From Nitrososphaerota archaeon (GTDB taxonomy: Archaea; Thermoproteota; Nitrososphaeria; Nitrososphaerales; UBA57), in NCBI GenBank assembly GCA_013378375.1, contig JACAFT010000004.1:1-49568 (forward strand): a DNA stretch of 49,568 bases, written 5' to 3'. The stretch's first letter is position 1. The number at the start of each line of letters is the position of its first letter. Below, one piece after another: positions 10,244 through 20,570 of this stretch. The position numbers and the translations under genes were made by a program. Under the pieces are notes generated by a model, which was not told the origin of the DNA, ran no database searches, and saw only the letters and a program-made list of their open reading frames with translations.

Positions 10244-11011
10244 TTATTGTTTCTTTGTTAAATCTATTAATCTTTTAGACATATAGCGCAGGGTTAAGTT
10301 TAATTGTTTCTGATTGTCGAATTTTTTAATAATTTTTTTAAGATCAGAATCAGAATACTTTAACATTTTTCTCGATTGTTTAATCATTTCAGGAATAACA
10401 CGAACTAAATTATCTATAATACTAATATCAGACATAGTAGCTGTTCGTGAAAGAGGATTAAGATCAATAGTAATCACAATTTTCCCCATTTTTTTAAGAA
10501 ATTCTGTTCGATCCCCATCTTCCAAAGGTACAAAAACAACATCAGCTTGGTATATTCCTCGTTTATCAATAAATTTTCTATTACTACGAAGGCTCGGAAT
10601 AGTCGTCAAATAATCGTCGTTTGTGCCATAAACAATTGCAGCCCCATGATCTTTTAGTAGGCGAGAAATTTGTGTTGCTCTTTTCTTAGTTTTATGAAAG
10701 AGATTTATTTCTAGCTTTGAATTAGTCAGGTTAGAAAGTTTAACAAGATTTTTCGATTCTAAAGCAGCAGTATTGCCATTGATTGAAATAACTGAATTTG
10801 ACACTATTAATTGCGCAGTAGCAACACGAATTGTCTGGAGTGCTAAATCAATAGTTTTTTCACCAATTAAATAATCAAATGCTTCACCACGACCATGTGC
10901 AATCAAACCAAAATCTGAAATTATTCCCTTATTATAAAAATCAGACAGATCATTTCGAATTTTTAATGATCCAAATCTAGGATGGTTTTTTGGAATACCA
11001 CTATCTGTCAT
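10244..11011 (-). CDS. Archaeal 4-phosphopantoate--beta-alanine ligase (phosphopantothenate synthetase)
   Basis: IP..HPR..SL, GLIAHGRGEAFDYL.GE, SINGN, VPLEDGDR, IDLNPLSRT. Confidence 0.95.
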   Translation of the reverse strand: MTDSGIPKNHPRFGSLKIRNDLSDFYNKGIISDFGLIAHGRGEAFDYLIGEKTIDLALQTIRVATAQLIVSNSVISINGNTAALESKNLVKLSNLTNSKLEINLFHKTKKRATQISRLLKDHGAAIVYGTNDDYLTTIPSLRSNRKFIDKRGIYQADVVFVPLEDGDRTEFLKKMGKIVITIDLNPLSRTATMSDISIIDNLVRVIPEMIKQSRKMLKYSDSDLKKIIKKFDNQKQLNLTLRYMSKRLIDLTKKQ

Positions 11012-11904
11012 ATAATTTTTGCTCCAGAATAATTAATATTGGAAAAAAATATATGTCCATATAATTTACTTTTTAAAAATAAATTATAAAACTCTGTCAA
11101 CTCGTTGGCTCTTAAAATAGAGAATAATGAATTGCCAAAGAGATTCATACTACAAATCATATCGAACCGATTTGCGAGTTTCATAAAGTTAAAGAAGTCA
11201 AGTGGAAAAAAATTTATCATCAATGCAAACTGTCTAGACAAATGTAGAAAATATTCATAATTTGGTTTGTTTAATAATTGAATTAAATATTTGCCTCCAG
11301 TATTATTAATAGATTTTATTAAAGAGGAATTCAATAATAGATTAGTTGTAGATAGTTGTCCAAGAGTAAATGTTGCAACAATTTTTTTATCATTAATTGG
11401 AATTTGAGAAGTTTTACCAATTCCAGGAGCACCTGGTTGTAAACGTATTTGTAAACCACCATGATACGCACCAAGAACAGTACCCAATCCAGTTTTACAT
11501 CTAACTTCTGCAATGTGTGCAACCTGTGCGGCTTCAGTTTTACTAAGACCTAAATTGAGAGCTTCGTTGAGAGCGTATGATAAACTAAGAGCAGCAGCTC
11601 CACTAGAACCATAACCGCATTTTATCGGTATATCAAGATAATGATTTATTGTCAAAGAAAATTTTTTATCAGAACGGCCAATTAGTTGTTGAACTACAGA
11701 ATTTGAAACTTTTGCATTATGACATGGAAATTTATTAATAAATATATTCAATTGAAATTTTTGCGATGGTGATATGTTTACGGTTGTTTTAACGCCCTTT
11801 TGTATACAAATACCAGCTCCTATCGAACCTGTTAATAATGGATCTTTTACAGAATGAGTTGAAAAAAAACCTGTGATTTGACCGGGAGAAAAGGCAGTAA
11901 TCAA
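11008..11904 (-). CDS. Pantoate kinase (GHMP family)
   Basis: AFSPG.ITGFF, GS.GAG, P...G.GSSGA, AH.AEV...TGLG.V, R..PGAPG. Confidence 0.93.
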   Translation of the reverse strand: MITAFSPGQITGFFSTHSVKDPLLTGSIGAGICIQKGVKTTVNISPSQKFQLNIFINKFPCHNAKVSNSVVQQLIGRSDKKFSLTINHYLDIPIKCGYGSSGAAALSLSYALNEALNLGLSKTEAAQVAHIAEVRCKTGLGTVLGAYHGGLQIRLQPGAPGIGKTSQIPINDKKIVATFTLGQLSTTNLLLNSSLIKSINNTGGKYLIQLLNKPNYEYFLHLSRQFALMINFFPLDFFNFMKLANRFDMICSMNLFGNSLFSILRANELTEFYNLFLKSKLYGHIFFSNINYSGAKII

Positions 11905-12012
11905 GATTATATTTATATTCTTTTCAATCTTAATTAAGATTCGTCGTATACAATATAACCAAAAAGTAGTTTATGTAGAAAATTTTAAAACATATAATAG
12001 TTATTTTTTTAT

Positions 12013-13656
12013 ATGCAGGCGTCAACACAAAGTTCAGTTCGTAATCCAAAATTTATATTTGTCACTGGAGGAGTCTTATCTGGAATAGGTAAAGGAATAG
12101 TCACGGCGTCCATTGCAAAGTTATTAGATTTATATGGAATATCAACAACATGTGTGAAAATTGATCCATATCTAAATGTTGATGCAGGAACAATGAATCC
12201 ATTTGCACATGGAGAAGTATTTGTCACAGATGACGGAGGAGAAACTGATATGGACATCGGTACATATGAAAGATTTCTTGGGAAAGAATTATCAAAGATT
12301 CACAATATAACTACAGGAGAAGTTTATTTAGATGTCATAGAAGCAGAACGAAGAGGAGATTTCTTAGGGGAATGTGTACAAATTATTCCCAATATAACAA
12401 ATTCAATTAAAGAAAAGATATCAAATGTTGCAAAACATCAAAATCACGGTGTTGTGTTAGTAGAATGTGGAGGAACAGTAGGAGATATTGAAAGTTTACC
12501 GTTTATTGAAGCAATAAGACAGCTTAGACTTGAATTAGGTCAAGAAAATTCCATGTTCATTCATGTGACGTTAGCTCCAATAATGGGTCCAGTTGGAGAA
12601 GAAAAAACTAAACCCACACAACACAGTGTACAGGAATTAAGGAGAATAGGAATACAACCAGATATAATAGTTGTACGAAGTGAAAAAAGATTATCTGAAG
12701 CATCAAAAAAGAAAATATCATTATTTACAAGTGTAGAATTAAAGAGTATAATTTCCAATCCAGATACTAAATCAATTTATGATGTGCCCGAGAACTTATA
12801 CAATGATGGAATAATAGATTCAATTATTGAAAGATTACGATTGCCTACTAGAGAAATGAATTGGAAAAATTGGAAATCGGTTTCCAAGACATTTACTAAT
12901 AATAAAAAAACATTGAATATTGCAATGATAGGAAAATATGTTTCATTAACAGATAGTTATGTTAGCGTAAATCAAGCTTTAGCTCATTCAGCAGCAAGTC
13001 AGAACCATTCAATTAAGTTAGAATGGGTAGAAAGTGCTGATTTTGAGCAAGATCAATCCAAACTAGAAAAACTTGAAAAATATAATGGGATTATTGTGCC
13101 TGGAGGATTTGGAAAGAGAGGCAGTGAAGGAATAATGTTAGCATCAGACTATGCAAGAAAGAAGTCAATACCATTCTTAGGTTTATGCTTTGGTTTCCAA
13201 TTATCGTTAATCGCATTTGCAAGATATGTATGCGGATTAAAGGATGCAAATTCTATTGAATTGGATCCAAAAACAAAGAATCCAATAATAAACATATTAC
13301 CATCACAAAAGAAAGTTACAGAAAAAGGAGGAAGTATGAGATTAGGTGGGCACGATATAGAAATAATCAGTAATACAAAAGCCCATAAGATTTATAATAA
13401 AAATAAAATTAGACAACGTCACAGACATAGATTTGAATTTAATATAAAATATCAAGAACTACTAGAAAAAAATAAGATGATTCTATCGGGTTTTAGTGAC
13501 AATAACAAAAGAACCGAAATATTGGAAATTCAGGATCATCCATTTTATATGGCAACGCAATATCATCCGGAGTTTTTAAGTAAACCTGGAGAACCTGAAC
13601 CTATATATTACAATTTTATAAAATCAATAATCAATAGAAAAAATGGAAAACAGTAA
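12013..13656 (+). CDS. pyrG: CTP synthase
   Basis: FVTGGVLSGIGKG, KIDPYLNVDAGTM, KTKPTQHSV, GLCFG.Q, RHRHRFE, QYHPE. Confidence 0.98.
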   Translation: MQASTQSSVRNPKFIFVTGGVLSGIGKGIVTASIAKLLDLYGISTTCVKIDPYLNVDAGTMNPFAHGEVFVTDDGGETDMDIGTYERFLGKELSKIHNITTGEVYLDVIEAERRGDFLGECVQIIPNITNSIKEKISNVAKHQNHGVVLVECGGTVGDIESLPFIEAIRQLRLELGQENSMFIHVTLAPIMGPVGEEKTKPTQHSVQELRRIGIQPDIIVVRSEKRLSEASKKKISLFTSVELKSIISNPDTKSIYDVPENLYNDGIIDSIIERLRLPTREMNWKNWKSVSKTFTNNKKTLNIAMIGKYVSLTDSYVSVNQALAHSAASQNHSIKLEWVESADFEQDQSKLEKLEKYNGIIVPGGFGKRGSEGIMLASDYARKKSIPFLGLCFGFQLSLIAFARYVCGLKDANSIELDPKTKNPIINILPSQKKVTEKGGSMRLGGHDIEIISNTKAHKIYNKNKIRQRHRHRFEFNIKYQELLEKNKMILSGFSDNNKRTEILEIQDHPFYMATQYHPEFLSKPGEPEPIYYNFIKSIINRKNGKQ

Positions 13657-13659
13657 CAA

Positions 13660-13971
13660 TCATTGTTTTGATTGATTAGATTCTAATAATAAAAAGATTT
13701 TACCATAATAACCTAAATTAAATTGTAAATTATCACGAAATTCATTAACATAACCTTTTTCTATTCTTATTTCGGAATTTAGTTTTATATTGTCAACTAA
13801 CGAACCCCAGATATTAACAGAAATTGAACCAGAATCATCTTGAAGAGTGATACTAGTAACAGTTTCAGTTTCCCCTGATTTTAGTGTAACCTCACGAGGT
13901 TGTCCAATATAGGAAACAATACCTCCAATACTAATATTTTTTTGACCTGTGGTGAGTTCTGATATTCTCAT
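13660..13971 (-). CDS. Single OB-fold ssDNA-binding protein (SSB/RPA-like)
   Basis: ISEL..G, PREV...SG, L.DDSG.I....WG, GYV.EFR...Q. Confidence 0.85.
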   Translation of the reverse strand: MRISELTTGQKNISIGGIVSYIGQPREVTLKSGETETVTSITLQDDSGSISVNIWGSLVDNIKLNSEIRIEKGYVNEFRDNLQFNLGYYGKIFLLLESNQSKQ

Positions 13972-14582
13972 AATGTTTCTCTAACTAATTCAATTAAATA
14001 CTTGTGAAATATTGCATTATTTGATAATTCTGGATGAAAACACGTAGCAAGAATATTCCCTTGTTTGACAGCTATAATATCTTCGTCTAATTTAGCAATA
14101 ATTTCTACATTTGAGCCAATATTACGGATTATAGGTGCTCGAATAAAGACACCAAGAAAGTTATCTAGTCCAAATTTAGGAATTGGAAATTCGGATTGGA
14201 AAGATTCTCGTTGTCTTCCAAATGCGTTACGTTCAATTTCTATATCAAGTGAGCCAAGAAGTTTTTGGGAAGTATTTGATGAATTTTGAACAATATGATT
14301 AGATAGAAAGATCAATCCTGCACACGTACCTAAAACAGGCATACCTTGAGTAATCTTCTTTTTTATAGAAGAATGAAAATCATCATTATTGGATAATTTA
14401 CCAATAGAAGTACTTTCACCTCCAGGAATTATTAAACCATTTATAGAGTTAATTTCTTCTGGGTATTTAATTACACTTACAATTCCATCCATAGTAATTT
14501 CACGAAAGGCAGATTCAACAGAAGCAATATGTTCTTCAACATCTCCCTGCACGCCAAGAATACCAATATTAACTTTTTTCAT
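13968..14582 (-). CDS. pdxT: PLP synthase glutaminase subunit
   Basis: G.QG...EH, PGGEST, GTCAG, RNAFGRQ..SF, FIRAP, FHPE. Confidence 0.97.
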   Translation of the reverse strand: MKKVNIGILGVQGDVEEHIASVESAFREITMDGIVSVIKYPEEINSINGLIIPGGESTSIGKLSNNDDFHSSIKKKITQGMPVLGTCAGLIFLSNHIVQNSSNTSQKLLGSLDIEIERNAFGRQRESFQSEFPIPKFGLDNFLGVFIRAPIIRNIGSNVEIIAKLDEDIIAVKQGNILATCFHPELSNNAIFHKYLIELVRETL

Positions 14583-15535
14583 TATATACCACGATCCTGC
14601 ATTTTAAAATCCAGATTGTCGCCAAGACCAACCATGGATTTTTTTTCATCAATCATTTCTTGTGCTTCAGACAACACTTCGACACTGTCATGAAAAGTAG
14701 TTGCAAGAACAATAGCTGATGCTCTTTCTAAAGGATCAGAAGATTTGTATATACCTGAACCAACAAAAACTCCATCACATCCAAGTTTCATCATAAGTGC
14801 TGCGTCAGCAGGAGTTGTTATTCCTCCTGCGGCAAAATTTACAACAGGTAAACGACCCAAACGTCCTGTTTCAACAACCAACTCATAAGAAGTATTCAAT
14901 TCTTTAGAAATACGAAAGAGCTCCTGTTTATCTTGTTGATTATAGAAATAAGTTATCTTAGCAATATCTTGATTCATAGCACGCATATGTCTAACAGCTT
15001 CAACTACATTTCCAGTACCCGGTTCTCCTTTAGTACGCATCATTGACGCTCCTTCTTCGATTCGACGTAGAGCTTGACCAAGATTTTTAGCGCCGTCAAC
15101 AAAAGGAGTGGTAAAATCCCATTTCCAGATATGAGAAGACTCATCAGCTGGAGTTAAAACTTCAGATTCATCAATCATGTCAACACCAGAATTTTCTAAG
15201 ACTACAGCTTCTGAAATATGACCGATTCTACATTTTGCCATAACAGGAATAGATACGTTATTAACAACATCTTTGATTATTTTCATACCTGCTGTACGAG
15301 CTACTCCACCTGATTGCCTTACTTCAATAGGTAATTTATCAAGAACCATAACTGCAACAGCACCAGCTTCTTCGGCAATTTGAGCTTGATTTACATTAGT
15401 AACATCCATAATAACGCCATGTTTGAGCATATGCGCAAAACCACGTTTTAATAATACAGTTCCATGAATGGAACTTTTATTATCAACCAGAGTAGATGAA
15501 AGTACTAAATCTTTTGATCCAACCAATGAAATCAT
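14582..15535 (-). CDS. pdxS: PLP synthase lyase subunit
   Basis: [50 protein letters not shown]. Confidence 0.98.
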   Translation of the reverse strand: MISLVGSKDLVLSSTLVDNKSSIHGTVLLKRGFAHMLKHGVIMDVTNVNQAQIAEEAGAVAVMVLDKLPIEVRQSGGVARTAGMKIIKDVVNNVSIPVMAKCRIGHISEAVVLENSGVDMIDESEVLTPADESSHIWKWDFTTPFVDGAKNLGQALRRIEEGASMMRTKGEPGTGNVVEAVRHMRAMNQDIAKITYFYNQQDKQELFRISKELNTSYELVVETGRLGRLPVVNFAAGGITTPADAALMMKLGCDGVFVGSGIYKSSDPLERASAIVLATTFHDSVEVLSEAQEMIDEKKSMVGLGDNLDFKMQDRGI

Positions 15536-15650
15536 AGTTAATTCAAATAATATGAGTCTTAGATAAGTAAAAAGTTTTGTTTGTAAATAACAAGAGATAA
15601 CAAAGTAATCATTGTGTCAATATAAACAAAGTAAGTCTAGTTATATGGAT

Positions 15651-16748
15651 TTACCATTTTTCAATTGTTTCCCACGGCACATTTTTATCTCCAAAATGTC
15701 CATATACACAATTTTTAGAATACTCTGTAAAATTAAAAAGATCAAACTTGCGAATAATACCAAGTGGTGTCAGATCACAGGTATTTCTAATCTTGTTTTC
15801 AATTAACGAATTATCTCCATTGGAATCAACATATAATGACGTAGGTTCCTTAACTCCAATAGCGTAACTAATTTGAATAGTACACCAATCAGCTAGTTCA
15901 TTGGCTACTACATTCTTAGCAAGCCACCGAGCCATATAAGCAGCAGAACGATCAACTTTTGTAGGATCTTTACCAGAAAATGCACCACCGCCATGTGGAG
16001 CATATCCTCCATACGTATCAACAATTATTTTACGACCAGTCATTCCTGCATCACCTGCAGGACCTCCAATAACAAAATTACCAGTTGGATTAACAAGAAA
16101 CTCAGTACGATTTTTATCAATCAGATCACTACATGCATCATCCATAGCCATCTCTGCATATGCACGTGCTTGATTATTTTCTCCTTCAGCATGTTGTGTA
16201 GAAACTACAATTTTATCAATGTAAAGAGGTTTTCCATCTTCGTACATTATACTAACTTGACTTTTAGAATCAGGTCCAAGTATATTGGGATTTTTATCTC
16301 GGATTTTACGAAGAGAACGTAAAATTTGATGAGAATAATATATTGGCGCAGGCATCATAGAAGGTGTTTCACGACAAGCATAGCCAAACATCAATCCTTG
16401 ATCACCCGCACCAAAATCATCAGTTCCTAATGCGATATCAGAAGATTGGTTATGAAGAAGATTTTCAAATGATAACTTTTCCCAATGAAATCCCTCTTGT
16501 TCGTAACCAATATCACGAACAGTTTGACGAACAATTGATTCAACCTCTTGACTATTTGGTAAAAAATTTTTAGTTTCTCCAAAAACCAGAACATAATTTG
16601 TAGTTGTAGCTGTTTCAATTCCACAACGGGTAGTTTCATCACCAGCAGATAACGCAGCGTCGACTAATGCATCACTAATTTGATCAGCAACTTTATCTGG
16701 ATGTCCTTGTGATACAGATTCGGATGTAAAAATAAAATTATTTTTCAT
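15651..16748 (-). CDS. metK: S-adenosylmethionine synthetase, bacterial/eukaryotic type
   Basis: FTSESVS.GHPDK, GAGDQG, G.TGRKIIVDTYGG, HGGGAFSGKDPTKVDRS. Confidence 0.97.
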   Translation of the reverse strand: MKNNFIFTSESVSQGHPDKVADQISDALVDAALSAGDETTRCGIETATTTNYVLVFGETKNFLPNSQEVESIVRQTVRDIGYEQEGFHWEKLSFENLLHNQSSDIALGTDDFGAGDQGLMFGYACRETPSMMPAPIYYSHQILRSLRKIRDKNPNILGPDSKSQVSIMYEDGKPLYIDKIVVSTQHAEGENNQARAYAEMAMDDACSDLIDKNRTEFLVNPTGNFVIGGPAGDAGMTGRKIIVDTYGGYAPHGGGAFSGKDPTKVDRSAAYMARWLAKNVVANELADWCTIQISYAIGVKEPTSLYVDSNGDNSLIENKIRNTCDLTPLGIIRKFDLFNFTEYSKNCVYGHFGDKNVPWETIEKW

Positions 16749-16835
16749 TATATAATTATCCTAACATGAATGACCAATTTAGAAATAATAGAAATATAAA
16801 TTTAATATTTGTATTCCTATTTGAAAACAAAATAA

Positions 16836-17105
16836 TCACATCTGGATTTCAGGTCGAATATAAATAAATAAAACGTTATTTCCTCGTATGACAACTTTAC
16901 CAAAATTTTCTGATAGAGAACCATTAACAAATTCCTCAGCGTCACTCAATATTACATTCATATATGCATCAACATTTGTCATTTTACCTTTATACTCAAC
17001 ATCATTCTTCAACCTCACAGTAACATTTCTGTGAATAGATTTTTGTAAAGTATTCAATGGCTTTTTGATTGTATGTTCTTCGTTATCAGTAATAATAGGG
17101 CTCAT
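16836..17105 (-). CDS. Sm-like archaeal protein (LSm/SmAP)
   Basis: Sm1 V.VRLK...Y.G....D.YMN..L; Sm2 G.VVIRGNNV. Confidence 0.95.
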   Translation of the reverse strand: MSPIITDNEEHTIKKPLNTLQKSIHRNVTVRLKNDVEYKGKMTNVDAYMNVILSDAEEFVNGSLSENFGKVVIRGNNVLFIYIRPEIQM

Positions 17106-17182
17106 ATACTAATTGAAAAAAGAAAGTAAACATTAATAAAAAGCTTGGAATTGATAGAATAATATATTTAAGGAGTATGTAA

Positions 17183-17998
17183 ATGAAGAGTAATTTTAAA
17201 AAAATAGATGAAAAGTATCCAGAAAATCATGGATATAACAATTTTGACTTATTCATGTCAAAAGAATGCAAATCACAAAAAAATAGTAAATTAAATGGAT
17301 TTGAAATAATAGGCAATAATAAAGTAAAAATAGAAAACAAAGATGAAATAATATTTAAAAAATTAGACACAGTGATCTACAGATTTCCAAAAGGTACAAT
17401 AGTTGATTTATATGGACCAACTTCGTCTGGAAAATCACAAATTTTATTTCAATCAGTAGTAAATATTTCAAGAAAAGATAAGAAAATTTTATTTATTGAT
17501 TCGTCAGGAAACTTTCGTCCTGAAAGAATTATTCAATTAAGTCAAATAAAAAAATACAATATAAAAGAAATTTTAAATAACATATTCACAATTAGATGTA
17601 ATTCATTAGATCAACAATTAGAAACAATTCCAAAAATTAAAGAATTTATAAAAAATAACAATGTAACATATGTAATAATTGACGATTTAACAAGAAATTT
17701 TACAGAATATCCGTTTGAATCTAGAAATGAAATAGAAGATATATTATCAGAATATATTCGAGAACTAGCATACATAGCTTGGAATAACAATATTTCACTA
17801 ATTGTCACAAATTCAGTTCGTGCAAATATTGATGATTCACAAATAAATGAAAAAGAAACATACGAAACAGTAATTAATAGACTAATTCATCTAAGAGTAA
17901 GTTTGAAAAGAATAAATGAATTCTGGTTAGCAAGAAATAATAAAGAAAAACAATGTATTTTTAATATAACAAAAAATGGAATAGAAGGTGTAAAATAA
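17183..17998 (+). CDS. RadA/Rad51 paralog (RadB/aRadC-like ATPase)
   Basis: Walker A GPTSSGKSQ, FIDS.GNFRPERI, Walker B VIIDD, TN.V; no RadA N-terminal HhH domain. AGGAG upstream at 17171. Confidence 0.85.
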   Translation: MKSNFKKIDEKYPENHGYNNFDLFMSKECKSQKNSKLNGFEIIGNNKVKIENKDEIIFKKLDTVIYRFPKGTIVDLYGPTSSGKSQILFQSVVNISRKDKKILFIDSSGNFRPERIIQLSQIKKYNIKEILNNIFTIRCNSLDQQLETIPKIKEFIKNNNVTYVIIDDLTRNFTEYPFESRNEIEDILSEYIRELAYIAWNNNISLIVTNSVRANIDDSQINEKETYETVINRLIHLRVSLKRINEFWLARNNKEKQCIFNITKNGIEGVK

Positions 17999-18370
17999 AT
18001 GTCAAAAGAATCAATCAACGAATGTATAGAAAATATAATAAAAAAAGATTTTTCAAAAGCAAAACTAGCAATAGCAGAAAATTTTAAAAATTCTTCCAAT
18101 AAAAGAAATATCGGTACAAAATTTGCATTAGAAGGAATAATATCTAAATATGCAGTAAAAAATATTGACATTTCTGAATCACTAGAAGATTTTAAATCAA
18201 TGAAAAAAGGAATTAACGAAAAATTGTCTTCTATTTGGATAGATGATTTTGAAAAAGGATTTTTTTCTGTATGGAAAATATTTGTGAAAAAGGCAATAGA
18301 AAACTTAGATAATAAAGAAAGTGTCGTAAAAGATCCAAGTGAAGAGAAACAATCCAATAAAGCTTCCTAA
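17999..18370 (+). CDS. Hypothetical protein
   Basis: Abuts the RadA paralog stop; helical, with ALEG and DDFEKGFFSVW; 3' end overlaps the opposite-strand gene. Confidence 0.65.
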   Translation: MSKESINECIENIIKKDFSKAKLAIAENFKNSSNKRNIGTKFALEGIISKYAVKNIDISESLEDFKSMKKGINEKLSSIWIDDFEKGFFSVWKIFVKKAIENLDNKESVVKDPSEEKQSNKAS

Positions 18371-18601
18371 ACCAGTTATTGTGATAAGTTTAGTTCTCTC
18401 ATCTTCTTTAATTTTTGAAAAATAGAAATTTCTTACAACGACCATAGAGAACAAATACACAGATATTGCGAAAAAGACTCCAACATTAGCAGAGGGATTA
18501 AGAGATGTATAACCAAGTAAACCAGCAGCAAATCCCGATATCAATCCAAGAACAACTCGAAACCAGAAAATTGTATTAAATATAGCGGTGGAATCGGACA
18601 C
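18305..18601 (-). CDS. EMC6/Rab5ip-like three-TM membrane protein
   Basis: Three hydrophobic helices, W.R....G..AG.LG, C-terminal G.GSF..LF..TW..Y, resembling EMC6/OPTI family ends. Confidence 0.7.
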   Translation of the reverse strand: MSDSTAIFNTIFWFRVVLGLISGFAAGLLGYTSLNPSANVGVFFAISVYLFSMVVVRNFYFSKIKEDERTKLITITGLGSFIGLFLFTWIFYDTFFII

Positions 18602-18672
18602 GATTTAATCATTTATTATAAAATCCAAGAAGATATAAAACTATATGAACAATATTATCTTGGGTTTCTAAA

Positions 18673-20565
18673 TTGGAATTATCATCAATTGAATTTTTAA
18701 AGATAATTTCTGCATTAAATAAGGAAATAGAAGGATATTATCTCAACAACGTATATCAAATAATGGAAAACTCTTATTTGCTAAAATGTCATCATCCGGA
18801 AAAATCCAAAAAATTTATTTTAATAAACCCAAAAATTGGAATTTGGTCATCAAAATATGAATTTGAAAAATTAGAATCAACAGGATATGTAACTTCATTA
18901 AGAAAAAATTTAACTAGAGCAAAATTATTAAAATTTGAACAGCCGCCAGGAGAAAGAATATGTATAATTCATTTTAAAACAGAAAAAGGTATAAGAAAAT
19001 TAGTTTGTGAATTTTTCAGAGAAGGAAATATAATAGTAATAGATGATAATGACAAAATTCTATCTTGTTTAAGTAAATTAAAAGTAAGACATAGAGAAAT
19101 ATTCCCAGGAAGTCTATACAAGCTTCCGCCATCAAAGGGAATAAATTTAGAAATTTTCAATGATAATGATTTAGAAAAAATAAAAAACAGCAATATAGAA
19201 ATAGCAAAATGGTTGGGTAGAAACTATTCAATTTCAAGAAAATATGTGGAAGAAATTCTAAGCAGAATTAATATTGATTATAATAAAATTTGTAATAAAT
19301 TAACTGAAATTGAGATAAATGAGATATCAAATCAAATAAAAGAGCTAGTTAAAATCATTAATTCGAAAGAATCGAATGCATGGATATATAAAGAAAATGA
19401 CACAATAAATGATATATCATTAATTGAACTTAAATCCAGTAAATCGGAAAAATATGAAAAAACAGAATCATTAATGAAGGCATTAGATAATTTAATCACT
19501 TCAAATCTATCGCAAAAACAGGTCATCACACAACAAAAATCAGTAAATAAAAAAGTAATTGAATTAGAAAAAACTATTCAATTACAAGAAGAGGCATATC
19601 AGACAAATGTTAATCTGGCAAAAATTTTAAGGCTGACAGCAATAGAATTGAGTAAATCCAATAGTTATGAAGAGATTCTACAAGATCAAAATATTGAATT
19701 TAGTAAATCAAGGAACAACCTAATAAAAATACCAATAATCAGTACAAATAGAGAATTAGAAGAGGAGATAAAACCAATAAAACTTTCGTCGATCTTTTTT
19801 AATAAAGCAAAGACAATAGAGAAAAAAATTGAAGCAATAGAAAATGCAACTAAAAAATTAAAAATAAATTTAGATAATATCAAGAATAAAATCGATAATC
19901 AGAAAGATAGAACAGAACTGAAAGAAAAAGAAGAATTATTGTGGTTTGAAAGATATAGATGGTTCATTACATCAGAAGGTATATTAGCAATAGGTGGAAG
20001 AGATTCTCATTCAAATAGTGCAATAATAAGAAAACATACAAAATCCAATGATTTAGTCTTTCATTCGGAAATAATAGGATCTCCATTTTTTATATTAAAG
20101 GATAATGCGAGTAATTTATCAATACAAGAAGTTGCAATGGCTACGGGTTCTTTTAGTAGAGCTTGGAGAACACAAATCCCGGTGGATGTGTATTTTGTTA
20201 AACCAGAACAAGTAAAAAAAGGAGCGCCAAGTGGATCATATCTTCCAAAAGGAAGTTTCTTAATTGAAGGGAAAAAAAACATAATAAAAAATATAAAACC
20301 GGAAATTGCAATAGGAGCAATAAAATATGAAAACAAGTATACAATAATGAGCGGTCCAGTAAAAGCGATAAAAGTAAATTCTTTAGCAATTGTTATTATT
20401 AAACCAGGAAAAAGAAAATCATCGGAAATAGCAAAAATTGTAAAACAGAAGCTTATAGCTAAATTAGATAGCAATTTATCAGAAATTTATAAAAATAAAT
20501 CATTAGATGATTTCTTACGCATACTTCCAGCTGGGGGTTCAGAATTAGTAGAAAAGCGAGAGTAA
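18673..20565 (+). CDS. rqc2: Ribosome quality-control protein Rqc2/NEMF (NFACT family)
   Basis: ER...F, EFF..GNII, WFE.YRWF..S.G...IGGRD, SFSRAW, QV.K..PSG.YL.KGSF. Confidence 0.92.
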   Translation: MELSSIEFLKIISALNKEIEGYYLNNVYQIMENSYLLKCHHPEKSKKFILINPKIGIWSSKYEFEKLESTGYVTSLRKNLTRAKLLKFEQPPGERICIIHFKTEKGIRKLVCEFFREGNIIVIDDNDKILSCLSKLKVRHREIFPGSLYKLPPSKGINLEIFNDNDLEKIKNSNIEIAKWLGRNYSISRKYVEEILSRINIDYNKICNKLTEIEINEISNQIKELVKIINSKESNAWIYKENDTINDISLIELKSSKSEKYEKTESLMKALDNLITSNLSQKQVITQQKSVNKKVIELEKTIQLQEEAYQTNVNLAKILRLTAIELSKSNSYEEILQDQNIEFSKSRNNLIKIPIISTNRELEEEIKPIKLSSIFFNKAKTIEKKIEAIENATKKLKINLDNIKNKIDNQKDRTELKEKEELLWFERYRWFITSEGILAIGGRDSHSNSAIIRKHTKSNDLVFHSEIIGSPFFILKDNASNLSIQEVAMATGSFSRAWRTQIPVDVYFVKPEQVKKGAPSGSYLPKGSFLIEGKKNIIKNIKPEIAIGAIKYENKYTIMSGPVKAIKVNSLAIVIIKPGKRKSSEIAKIVKQKLIAKLDSNLSEIYKNKSLDDFLRILPAGGSELVEKRE

Positions 20566-20570
20566 TCAAA

